Both the position numbers and the translations under genes were made by a program. A DNA stretch of 64,000 bases from a virus. Positions within the stretch are counted from its first letter, which is position 1. Each line of letters opens with the position of its first letter. Below the pieces are notes generated by a model. It was not told the origin of the DNA, ran no database searches, and was given only the letters and a program-made list of their open reading frames with translations. Below, piece after piece: positions 12,496 to 22,074 of the stretch. The stretch lies in the IMG/VR virus record IMGVR_UViG_3300029858_000001, positions 27,123-91,122 of that record; one strand, 5' to 3'.

Positions 12496-14070
12496 TTGGC
12501 AAAACAAACAATTACTTTAACTAATATGCTTACTAATCCAAGTTTTGAAAATACTGGATGGCAAGCTAACGCTAATTGCTCAGTTGCTTATGATTCTAGC
12601 ATTAAACATTCTGGCTCATATTCTTTAAAAGTTACTTCTACTTCTTCAAGTGAATCATTAATTATTACTACTAATACTTATTCTATAACATAGAATCATA
12701 TTTATTATGTTAGTGTTTGGTTTTATGAAACAGCTAATAATGTAGGATCAATGCAGTGCTATTGGCCAATTGCTGAACCATTAATTGGCACAGCAACAGT
12801 AGATTCAACCAAATTAAATCAATGGCAATAGCTTACTTGGCGTAATACCCGTTCTTCTTGGAGTACTGGAACAGCGCAAGCATTTCGTTTTGATTTTGAA
12901 AGTATGGCATCAGGCAAAATTGCTTATGTAGATGATGCTATGTTAATTGATTTAACCGCAGCTTTTGGAAGTGGTAATGAACCAACACAAGACTGGTGCA
13001 AAAAAAATATTGAATATTTCACTGGTAATACAACTATTCAATATGAAGCTCCTACTATATATGATTTGACTTCTGTAATTCCTAAGATAATTAAAACAGG
13101 TGATATATTAAATTGTCCTTATAGCGGATCTGCTAAATCAATTACTCTTCCAAAAGGATAGTATAAATTAGAATGCTGGGGCGCTTAGGGTGGTACAATG
13201 TCATCATAGGGTTATAATGGTGGCCATGGAGGATATTCAGTAGGCAATATCATTTTAACAAAGAAAGAAACATTATTCTTTTACACAGGAGGAGCAGGTA
13301 CTACTTCAAACACTAATGCTGGATTTAATGGTGGCGGAACAGGTATAAGCAATGGTAGAGGCGGTGGTGGCGCTTCTGATATTCGTATTGGTCAAGATTC
13401 TTTATATGCTAGAGTAATAGTCGCTGGCGGCGGCGGTGGTGCTGGTGTAGGTAGTGCAACTGTAAATCCAGCTGGTTGTGGTGGTGGCTTATATGGCGGT
13501 GATGGATATTATAATAATACCACGGGTCAATATACCTCTGGTACTGCCCGCGATGGTGGAGGCGCTTCACAGACTGCTGGAGGTAAATCTTGGAATACTC
13601 AACCAGCTGGCACTGGAACTTTTGGTAAAGGCGGAAATGCTTCTGGTTATTCTTGTGGTGGAGGAGGCGGCGGCTGGTATGGCGGCGGTGGTGCCTATGA
13701 TAATGACTCAGACTCTGATGGTCGTTGGGGGGGTGGTGGCTCTGGCTATGTATATACTTCATCAACCGCTTCTAATTATCCATCCGGCTGTTTACTTAAT
13801 TCGTCTTATTATTTAACCGATGCTCAAACAATTGCTGGTAATACTGCATTTGCTTCTCCAACAGGAGCAAACGAGATAGGTCATACAGGGAATGGTTATG
13901 TGCGCATTACTGTTATAGAAGCTAAGTCTGGAAATACTTTGATAAAAACTACTTCAAACACTTGGAAAGAATAGAAACAAATGTTTGTAAAAACTACTAC
14001 TACTACTTGGAAACCTATAAAAGGTGTATGGACAAAAATCACATCTGATACTTGGAAACAAACATTATAA
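12496..14070 (+). CDS. Glycine-rich domain protein (putative receptor-binding / fiber protein)
   Basis: RBS AAGGAG then TTG at 12496. Frame-1 reading is continuous across several TAGs and joins track ORF 12904. Gly-rich core YKLECWGA(Q)GGTMSS(Q)GYNGGHGG...GGGGGWYGGGGAYD ends in GNGYVRITVIE. Confidence 0.6.
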
Positions 14071-14163
14071 AATTTGATTTTTAAAAAATTATTTTATATA
14101 ATATAAATGTAAATAAGAAATAAATTTTTTATTTACAGCATTTAACTCACCCCTTTCTTAAAT

Positions 14164-14200
14164 AGGACATAATAATTAAATTATTATGTCCTATTTTTTA
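14164..14200 (+). terminator. Rho-independent terminator
   Basis: AGGACATAATAATTAAATTATTATGTCCT followed by a T-run. Confidence 0.7.
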
Positions 14201-14243
14201 TTTATATAAGAAAATAAAAATAAAATAGGAGGGAGAAAAGTAA

Positions 14244-14678
14244 ATGGCAATAAATTCAAATACTTCTCTTAATGAATTAGTTATACATTAGGTTCCTTCT
14301 AAAACCTTATATAAAACATTAAAAGAAAATGGGTCTATTAGTGGACAAACATTATGCATTATAGATGGTGAACAAGAATAGCGTTTATATAAAGATGAAG
14401 TAAATCAAATGGCTGAAGGCGGCAAAATACAAATGGCTTCATCCTATACTCCAATAGCAGATAACGATGTATGTACAAAGAAATACGCTGATAGTATTAA
14501 TCCAAGTGTTACTCCTACTGTTGGTTTTGATTTAACCAATCAAATTTATATTGGTTCAACTGATCCCGGTTCTAATGCTGCTGCGCTCATATGGGTTGAT
14601 ACTTCTTCATCCGGAGCATTAAAGTATCGCACTTCAAAAACTGATACTTGGAAAATTATTCCTGTCGCTTGGAGTTGA
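14244..14678 (+). CDS. Small tail fiber paralog sharing the C-terminal module of 10253-11044 (LIWVDTSSSGALKYRTSKTDTWKIIPVAWS)
   Basis: RBS GGAGGGAG, ATG at 14244, two TAGs read through into track ORF 14409-14678, TGA stop. Confidence 0.55.
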
Positions 14679-14723
14679 CATTATGAAAAAAATATTATAT
14701 ACTAAATTAAAGGAGATGAAATA

Positions 14724-15449
14724 ATGGCGGAAGATAAACAATATAGTTCAGGTTCGATAGTTGATATAGATAGATTAACTAAATTAAAAGCAAAAGTAAA
14801 AGCTGAATGTTTACGTCGTAAATACACTGGGTCTGTAGAGAATTACGGCGGTTCAACATATGATTTTTCTAATAATCCTATGGTAGGAGGAATTATTAAA
14901 AGAGAATATTATGATAAAAATGCCACTCCTTTAAATGCTATTAATAATAATTTAGTTCCAAAAGCAAATATAACGAACGCTGAAAATGTTGCATTAAATA
15001 ATGAAATATATAATATGGACTATTAGGTTAGTGCTTGGATGACTACTGATAAGGTTAATGATAAACATACTGATTGTGCAAATAGTTGTACAGGTTTATG
15101 TTTAAGCTGTACTGGCTCTTGTACTTCTGGATGTTCAAATACTTGCCGTGCAAATTGTGCAAATGATTGTACTGGTGTTTGCGGTGATGGTTGTACTAAT
15201 TCTTGCAGAGGATGCGGAAGTGGCTGTTCTGGTAGTTGTTATGGCGATTGCGATGGTGGATGTAAAGGCACTTGTACTGTCACTTGCGGTTATCAAGGAT
15301 GCTCTGGAGTATGCTAGGAAGGATGTAAGAGTAACTGCAGCGGCACATGCACTAAAAGTTGTGGGCGTTGTGGAAGTAATAGTTGCTCTGGAGCTTGCAC
15401 TACTTCAAGTACGGGTAATGTCACTGGTAATAGTAGCTCCAACACTTAA
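14724..15449 (+). CDS. Hyper-cysteine-rich CxxxC-repeat protein: about 100-aa N-terminal leader-like region plus about 140-aa Cys-rich region; candidate rSAM/SPASM substrate
   Basis: Track ORFs 14724-15026 and 15039-15317 are in the same frame and joined by TAG. The reading continues past TAG at 15315 to TAA at 15447. The core is CANSCTGLCLSCTGSCTSGCSNTCRANCANDCTGVCGDGC... with about 40 Cys at regular CX3C spacing. Confidence 0.65.
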
Positions 15450-15461
15450 TGAGGATAATAA

Positions 15462-16037
15462 ATGAATGAATTAAAATATAATATATATTTTACCTAGTTA
15501 TTAATAGCCATATAGGAAAATAAAGATATAACAGAATTTTGTAAAAAAATTGATAAAGAATTAAATATTGCAACTGAAGAAGATTGCAAAATAATATTTT
15601 TATCATAGTTTACTAATAATACAATTAAATTATTTAAATTTGATACCATACAAGAAGTAGAAAACTATATTCATAATCTATAGAATTGGTTAAATCAAAT
15701 ACCATGTATAACATCTTTTATTGATGTTTTTCAATATTCTTATATAATTTAGTTTATTATTATGTCAAAAAATTATTATCCTGAAATTGATTTATGTTGC
15801 AAAGATAATATACTTAATTCTATTTTAGATAATTTAGACAAAATTAAAATCAATGCTATTATTTTACCTTTTTTAAATTATTGTTTAAAATTTTATTTAC
15901 AAAAAGGTATTAGTTTAATTTATAAAAATACTTGTGATAAGTTAATTATGAATATAGAAAAATTAATGGAAAATACAAGTATTCGAAATCAAGGTATATT
16001 TAGAATACCATCGTTAGAAAAGGATTTAGAAGAATGA
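15462..16037 (+). CDS. Hypothetical protein, radical-SAM-associated
   Basis: RBS GAGGA then ATG at 15462. It is in frame with track ORF 15762-16037 across 4 TAGs, with no TAA/TGA. TGA stop overlaps the next start. Confidence 0.45.
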
Positions 16038-16303
16038 AGATACAAATTCCAAAAGAACAAAGTAATTATTTAGAAATGCTTACTTATGAAGTACAATGTC
16101 ATCAAGATTTATTAACTTTTATGGCGGCACATGGTATTGATAAAAATATTTCTCAAAATTATTATGAAAAATATCAAGATTATTATATTGAGTTAGCTTT
16201 GGCCAAAGCTCAATTAGAAAGTTATCTAAAAACTCAAATAAATGAACCATTGATTAATTGGTCTTTAGATTTTTTTAGTGCTGAGGTAAGTATAAATGAT
16301 TAA
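16034..16303 (+). CDS. Small rSAM-partner protein (paralog of 38213-38464)
   Basis: Complete track ORF. ATGA overlap with the upstream gene and an overlap with the rSAM-4 start. NYYEKYQDYYIELALAKAQLESYL is similar to NYYLQEYIKAYTDISIFKFQLFKKL in the partner of rSAM-5. Confidence 0.5.
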   Translation: MKIQIPKEQSNYLEMLTYEVQCHQDLLTFMAAHGIDKNISQNYYEKYQDYYIELALAKAQLESYLKTQINEPLINWSLDFFSAEVSIND

Positions 16304-17582
16304 ATTCCCAGGTACTGAAGAATTCACGGATACTTTAGGTCGTTATTTTGGCAGCCCAAATGTTGAAAAAACACGAACTATTACATTTCAAATAACAGAT
16401 GACTGCAATCTATGTTGCTCTTATTGTTATCAAATTAATAAAGGACATCATAAAATGCCTTTTGAGATAGCTAAAACATTAATTGATGAATTACTTTATA
16501 ATGATAAATTAATTGAAAATTATGTAAAATCAAAAAATTCTTTAGGAGTTATATTAGAATTTATTGGTGGTGAACCATTACTTGAAGTAGATTTAATAGA
16601 TTAGATTATTGATTATTTCATAGAATAGTGTATTACTTTGCATCATCCTTGGATTGATAGATTTAGAGTCTCTATTTGTTCTAATGGAGTTTTATATTTT
16701 ACTCCAAAAGTACAAGAATTTATTAAAAAGCATCAAACTCATTTGTCATTTTCAATATCTATTGATGGTAATAAAAAATTGCATGATACTTGTCGTATTT
16801 TTCCAGATGGTACTGGTAGCTATGATTTAGCAATTAAAGCCGCAAAACATTATATGAAGCATTATGATAAAAATTTAGGAAGTAAAATGACTTTATCTAT
16901 AGATAATATTAATTATACTTTCCTTGCATTAGTAAATTTATGGGAAAATGGATATAATTATATTCATGCCAATTGCGTTTATGAAAAAGGCTGGACAATA
17001 GAACATGCACGAGTTTTATATAATGAATTAAAAAAGGTAGCTGATTATCTTCTTAATAATCATTTAGAAAAAATTAAAGGTACTTCTATATTAAATCTTG
17101 ATTTAAGTCAATAGAAAAATATATCAGATCAAAATTTCTGTGGTGGTAATGGTAATATGCTCGCCGTTGATTATAAAGGTGATTTATACCCTTGTTTACG
17201 TTATATGGAAAGTTCAATAGGTAAAAATCAATTACCATATATTATTGGCAATGTTGATGATGGCATTGGATATAACCAATAGACAAAGGATATGATAGCT
17301 GGATTAGATGTAACATATAAATCACAAAGTCCGTAGGACTGTATTGAATGTCCAGTGTCAAGTGAATGCGGTTGGTGTTCTGCTCTTAATTATCAAGAAT
17401 TTGGTACTATTAATAAACGTACTACATATACATGCTTAATGCATAAGGCACGAGTATTAGCAAATTATTATTATCAAAATAAAATGGGCGGTAATTATCC
17501 ATTTTTAATTAATAGACAAGATGCTATAGATATAATCGGTGAAGATGAAACTAACTATTTAATGGAGTTAGCTAATGGATAA
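16296..17582 (+). CDS. Radical SAM / SPASM-domain enzyme (rSAM-4), paralog of rSAM-5
   Basis: ITFQITDDCNLCCSYCYQ (CX3CX2C) and FIGGEPLL. SPASM-like CIECPVSSECGWCSALNY. Frame-0 reading joins track ORFs 16296, 16638 and 17355 across TAGs. Confidence 0.8.
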
Positions 17583-18240
17583 TTTCATTTATGGATGTAT
17601 TGAAGGTTCTTATGCCTAGGGAATGTAGACTGAAAATAGTGATTTAGATATTATTGAAGTATATAATGCCGCAATACATATGGAAAAAGAATTAAAAAAA
17701 GTTAATGATATTAAGTCGAATTGGTCAAATGCTTCTCGGCAAATATTTAGTTCTTAGTCTTTTATATATAACTTATTTTATGAACCAAGTTGTGAGTATT
17801 ATAGATGGCTATTCCCTTATAAGTATTTGAGTGATAATGAATTAACTACTTATATTAAAAAATATAATGAAGATATTATTAAGGAAAATCTTCCTTACTT
17901 ATATCAACGATTAATGCAAGCTCATGATAGTTATATGGTATTAGGACATCAAAATAATAATTATAAATATTATTATAAAAGTTTAGATAAATATGCTTTA
18001 TTAATAGAGTATAAAAAATTTGGAAGTTATCAAGAAAGTTTATTCTGTAAAGATTATAAGCAATTGTTATTAGATATAAAATTAGGTAAATACACTAAAA
18101 AATAGATATTAAATTTTGATAAAGAGTTCAAAAAATAGATTGATGGCTTTTGGTATATGACTAATGAATCTTGTAATATATATCAATAGACTTTAATTAA
18201 TTTAGTAAATGATACTTCTATCTCAGAATTCTATATTTGA
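17575..18240 (+). CDS. Hypothetical protein
   Basis: ATG at 17575 overlaps the rSAM-4 stop. It reads through about 6 TAGs, includes track ORF 17827-18105, and ends at TGA 18238. Confidence 0.4.
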
Positions 18241-18275
18241 AAATTTAAAAAAAATTTTATATAATATATATAGAA
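18236..18275 (+). promoter_or_regulatory. Conserved phage promoter motif (A-rich UP .. TTTATATAATATATATAGAAA) upstream of tRNA-Thr
   Basis: TATAAT at 18258-18263 inside the motif, which recurs more than 15 times in the window. Confidence 0.6.
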
Positions 18276-18305
18276 ATTGAGGGAAAAATAAATTCCCTCT
18301 TAAAT

Positions 18306-18378
18306 GCCGGCATAGCACAGTTGGTAGTGCAGCTGATTTGTAATCAGCAGGTCGGGGGTTCGAATCCGTCTGCCGGCT
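18306..18378 (+). tRNA. tRNA-Thr(UGU)
   Basis: Hand-folded cloverleaf. Acceptor GCCGGCA/TGCCGGC, D-stem GCAC/GTGC, anticodon stem GCTGA/TCAGC with loop TTTGTAA. The T-arm has one mismatch. CCA is not encoded. Confidence 0.6.
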
Positions 18379-18457
18379 CGCTATCATGTGAAAGCCTTCT
18401 CGTGGCGATAGTGTTTTAACTAATTTCACAATTATTTATTAAAGGAGTCATTTAGAT

Positions 18458-19105
18458 ATGGCATACATTTATTAGATAACAAATAATATTAATGGAAAAA
18501 TTTATGTTGGTAAAACAGTAAAAAATAATATTTAGGAACGTTGGAAAGAACACCTTAAAGAGTATAAAAAACCTAGATGTGAAAAACGTCCTTTATATGA
18601 CGCAATGAATAAATATGGTTCAGAAAATTTTTCTATTAAAGAGTTAGAGGAATGTCCATTAGAAGAACTTAATGATAAAGAAGTTTATTGGATTGAAAAA
18701 TTAGGTTCTTTTAAATATGGATATAACGCTACAATTGGCGGAGATGGCAAACAATATATTGACTATGATTTAGTATGCGAAACATATAAGAATTTACAAT
18801 GTATTGTAGATACTGCTAAACAATTAAATATTAGTGAAGATTCAGTTTCTAAAATTTTAAAATTATATAAAATTGATATTATTCCTAATGCTAAAATAGT
18901 TCAAAATAAGTATGGGAAAATAATTAATATGTATGATTTAAATGATAATTATTTAAGGACTTTTCCATCAACAACTGAAGCAGCTAAATTTATGGTAGAA
19001 AATAAATTAACTAATTGTAAAATGACTACTATAAAACAACATATTTCTGAAGTATGCAAAGGTAAACGAAATACAGCTGCTAAGTTTAAATGGAAATATG
19101 CTTAA
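18458..19105 (+). CDS. GIY-YIG homing endonuclease
   Basis: N-terminus MAYIY(Q)ITNNINGKIYVGKTVKNNI(Q)ERWKEH... is the GIY-YIG motif. Two TAGs read through into track ORF 18605-19105. It sits inside the tRNA island. Confidence 0.75.
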
Positions 19106-19118
19106 TTATTATACCATT

Positions 19119-19218
19119 AGCCAAGATTAGATAGTTAATAAAACCGTTTCTAGTTAATAGATTCTAGATGGCCGGGACTCAAAACTGTTGGCAATTCTAA
19201 TCTTGGCTATTTTCTTTT
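19119..19218 (+). terminator. Long imperfect stem-loop (AGCCAAGATTAG ... CTAATCTTGGCT) followed by a T-rich run
   Basis: Inverted repeat read directly downstream of the endonuclease gene. It is unusually long (about 90 nt) and could also be a small structured RNA. Confidence 0.4.
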
Positions 19219-19262
19219 ATTTGAAAAAATTAAAAAAATGATATATAATATATATACAAAAT
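19212..19262 (+). promoter_or_regulatory. Conserved promoter motif (..ATGATATATAATATATATACAAAATAAAGAAA)
   Basis: Same motif family, upstream of 19300-19653. Confidence 0.5.
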
Positions 19263-19299
19263 AAAGAAAAAAATAAATGAGAAAAAGGTGTTAAAAGTT

Positions 19300-19653
19300 A
19301 TGGAATATTCTCTGGATAAGTATAAGTATTATGTCCCCACTAAGGCAGATGGTACACCATATAAGGTTGTTGCAGTTTCTACTTATGCTGGTAGGACTGT
19401 GCGTGGTGTAGCTAAGTGTGATCCGAAGGATACCTTTGATGCTGAAAAGGGTAAGCAGCTTGCTGCAGCACGTTGTCAGGCAAAGGTCAGTTCTCAGCGT
19501 CTGAAGCGTGCTACTAAGAAGCTTGATGAAGCTACTAAGGCACTTGAGAAGGCACAGAAGTATTATGATGATATGACTGTGTATTTCAATGATAGTGCAA
19601 GAGATAAGGAAATGTACGATAGCGTAGTTGAAAGACTTGCTAAGGAAATGTAA
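19300..19653 (+). CDS. Hypothetical protein (TAG-free, higher GC; paralog of 40627-41181)
   Basis: Track ORF with ATG at 19300. It shares the pattern G(T/V)A(R/K)C.P.D...EKG...A.AR with 40627-41181. A terminator follows at 19663-19690. Confidence 0.55.
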   Translation: MEYSLDKYKYYVPTKADGTPYKVVAVSTYAGRTVRGVAKCDPKDTFDAEKGKQLAAARCQAKVSSQRLKRATKKLDEATKALEKAQKYYDDMTVYFNDSARDKEMYDSVVERLAKEM

Positions 19654-19684
19654 TAAATAAGGGTAATTAATTACCCTTTATTAT

Positions 19685-19761
19685 CCGGGTGTAGTTCAGT
19701 TTGGTAGAACGCTTGATTTGGGATCAAGAGGCCGTGAGTTCAAGTCTCGCCACTCGGACCA
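19685..19761 (+). tRNA. tRNA-Pro(UGG)
   Basis: Acceptor CCGGGTG/CACTCGG, anticodon loop TTTGGGA, T-arm GTGAG-TTCAAGT-CTCGC, 3' CCA encoded. Confidence 0.7.
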
Positions 19762-20037
19762 TCAGGGTTCTGTTAAAGATACATAATTGAAAAGGATTGA
19801 TCCCCCTAAGTAAATTAGTATTGGAATGAAAAAATGAGGTCTAGATGACACAGATAACCTCCCCTGAGCCATCCCTTTTGTTAGTAGGTTGTCAGGGTTA
19901 AATAACTAACATTAAAGACACACGCAGCAAATATTAGATAAAATCTATGTGTTATTGGTTCAAGTCCAATATTATCTCTGTTAAGATAATTCGCCCAAAT
20001 GGTAGGGCAATAGCTAATTTATTTAATGTGTCTTGTA

Positions 20038-20085
20038 AATTTGAATTTTAAAAAAAAATATTATATAATATATAAGTAATCAATA
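20038..20085 (+). promoter_or_regulatory. Conserved promoter motif (TTGAATTTTAAAAAAAAATATTATATAATATATAAG) upstream of tRNA-Gln/Tyr
   Basis: TTGAAT, 17-nt spacer, TATAAT. Confidence 0.55.
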
Positions 20086-20110
20086 AGAAATTATTAATTA
20101 CTTATAATTT

Positions 20111-20185
20111 ACTGGTGTCGCCAAGTGGTAAGGCACAGGACTTTGACTCCTGTATTCGTTGGTTCAAATCCAGCCACCAGTGCCA
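20111..20185 (+). tRNA. tRNA-Gln(UUG)
   Basis: Acceptor ACTGGTG/CACCAGT, anticodon stem CAGGA/TCCTG with loop CTTTGAC, discriminator G, CCA. It is very similar to E. coli tRNA-Gln. Confidence 0.7.
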
Positions 20186-20189
20186 ATAT

Positions 20190-20276
20190 AGGTCAGTACA
20201 GTGTAATTGGTATCACCCCTGACTGTAAATCAGGTGCTTAATGCGGTTGTTGGTTCAAGTCCAACCTGGCCTACCA
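20190..20276 (+). tRNA. tRNA-Tyr(GUA), type II with long variable arm
   Basis: Acceptor AGGTCAG/CTGGCCT, anticodon loop CTGTAAA, T-arm GTTGG-TTCAAGT-CCAAC, CCA encoded. Confidence 0.65.
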
Positions 20277-20288
20277 TTTAAAATAAAA

Positions 20289-20330
20289 TTTGAAAATTTA
20301 AAAAAAATATTATATAATATATATATAATA
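20289..20330 (+). promoter_or_regulatory. Conserved promoter motif (TTGAAAATTTAAAAAAAATATTATATAATATATATATAAT) driving the large ncRNA candidate
   Basis: Motif family with -35 TTGAAA and -10 TATAAT. Nothing protein-coding lies downstream for about 1.4 kb. Confidence 0.5.
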
Positions 20331-21720
20331 AATGAACTTTAAAAATTAAATAATAATTTAATTACGGTTATAGTACAACTCAGTGTAGACTTAACACCAT
20401 AAGGCTGAGAAATCGACCCACTCTAGTGGAGATCGTAGAATGAAATATTCAAAGGATACTTTGAAATTATTTCTAAATCTTTTGTAGTGATACATTAGAT
20501 TCACGCATCGAAGGATGTGGCTACGGGGAGATTGTGCTGGAATAATCGCATTTAAGGTCCTGTTCTTCTCGCTTCCATAATAGATAGCATTGTTAATAGC
20601 AATGCCGAATCCTTGTTAGGGTAAGGCTGGTAACCTTGCCAAACCAAGGAAATACCAATAAGGAAGTTGGCAATTGATGTGGCGTAATCCACTATAAGAG
20701 AAGGTCAAGGGTCAAGTAGCCGAAATTTGCCAAGACAGTATATTTTATAGTTAATATTGGTAATTTTAGTTCTGAATGGTCGGTGAAAGATAGAGGTAGT
20801 CAGTCCTCTGTAAGATTTGGCTTAGGCTGGGGCAAGAAGTTATGAAGTCGCTATTCATAGCTCAGACTTGTTTCCTTACTTACCTAATAAAATGAAGATT
20901 ATTAATCAGTAGGGCGAAGGTCCGTAGTATAATTGTAATTAAGTTATTATTTAATAACTTACGATTCCTTTCACAAAGTAATTTTATAACGTATATAACG
21001 GTAAGAAGGTCTATAGGTAGAGAAAACTACAAAGGAATGTGCATATCTTTCCTAATTATTAAAATTACTTTAAAATGAATTATGTAGATGCTAATATAGG
21101 CGGTGGCTTGCATACTACTAATCCCATTGGGTAGCCAATCCCACATCGTTAGGGACCTCTGCGGAACCTGCTCCTATGGCTGTAGGGTTCTTACATAATC
21201 TAATCAAATAAGGTTGACTCGCCTGTTGTCCGGTGAAATGATATATCTGGAAACCGTACTGATACGTATCAGATATTTGATTAGCGTCCTAATCTTGGTT
21301 AATTAGGTAGTGGAACAATACGCTAAACCAGCCAGCTCTCCACTATAAATAAGCTGAATAGGGATGTTTGTGGTTCACATACCAAAAAGCCATTACCAAG
21401 TGCGGAAATAAGATCCTTGGTAGTCTCTCATATAAAGGCGTGGAAAATGAGACGTGATGGACTACGAAAAAGACATATAATAGGTAGAGTTATTATTTAT
21501 TGTGTTAGATTATAGAATGAAAATCCTATTATTAAAAACTGTATATTCTACTTCCTATTGGTAGGTATTATAAGTTTAATGGTAGGTCAAAAATTTAATA
21601 TATTCCAATAGCTAATGAATGAGGTAAGCTGAAGTACTTAGTGGCGTGGGCAGGCATAGAGGCGACCTATAAATGGTTAGTGGCTATGGTGTAGTTTATT
21701 CCTATTGGATATATTAATTT
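20330..21720 (+). ncRNA. Large ORF-free structured ncRNA candidate (GOLLD/ROOL-like phage ornate RNA?)
   Basis: No ORF of 60 aa or more on either strand from 19653 to 22204. Local GC (about 40%) is well above the coding background. It has many G/C-rich short helices, its own promoter, and flanking tRNAs. Class assignment is inference only. Confidence 0.45.
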
Positions 21721-21744
21721 TTGTAAATATATTATACTGAATAA

Positions 21745-21790
21745 TTTGATTTTAAAAAAATTATTTAGTATAATATATTTACAAGATAAA
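21745..21790 (+). promoter_or_regulatory. Conserved promoter motif (TTGATTTTAAAAAAATTATTTAGTATAATATATTTACAAG) upstream of the suppressor tRNA
   Basis: TTGATT, 17-nt spacer, TATAAT. A leader hairpin (AGACAGTTT...AAACTGTCT) lies between the promoter and the tRNA. Confidence 0.55.
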
Positions 21791-21900
21791 GAGAAGTTAG
21801 GATAATTTCTCTAAGACAGTTTCAGCAAATTTTTATTAAAGATAATCATATGTTTTTGGTTCATAAGAAGATACTTTATTAAACTGTCTTGTATATATAT

Positions 21901-21975
21901 TCCGGCTTTGGGTAGCGGTTAGCTCAGCTGACTCTAAATCAGCAAGTCTCAGTTCGACTCTGAGAGCCGGTGCCA
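21901..21975 (+). tRNA. Amber suppressor tRNA, anticodon CUA (reads UAG); identity probably Gln
   Basis: Acceptor 3' strand AGCCGGT pairs with CCGGCT at 21902-21907. Anticodon stem GCTGA/TCAGC with loop CT-CTA-AA (U33 present). T-arm CTCAG-TTCGACT-CTGAG. Discriminator G then CCA. Short variable loop (type I). Confidence 0.7.
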
Positions 21976-22074
21976 GGCGTAAGGCTCACGCAGCAAATTT
22001 ACTTTTGAAAGTTCACCTAAAATGAATTGCTATTTTTCAAAATTGAGTCTTGATTTAATTAATATAGTTTATTT

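Noticed and set aside
13409-13816. His/Arg-rich minus ORF 13409-13765 and Val/Leu-rich plus ORF 13478-13816
   Set aside because: Alternative-frame artifacts of the GGN-rich glycine-rich gene 12496-14070.
14676-14678. Possibility that TGA is also recoded
   Set aside because: TGA falls at natural gene ends (14676, 16035, 18238, 25221, 42707, 44529) next to RBS-started downstream genes. Paralog 10253-11044 ends with TAA at the position equivalent to 14676. No gene requires TGA readthrough.
20330-21720. Possibility that the ORF-free region is a group I or II intron or tmRNA
   Set aside because: No group II domain V consensus (GAGC..GUAUG..GUUC hairpin). No tmRNA tRNA-like 3' end with a tag-peptide ORF. 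No flanking split gene. A free-standing structured RNA with its own promoter fits better, though an intron cannot be excluded without covariance models.
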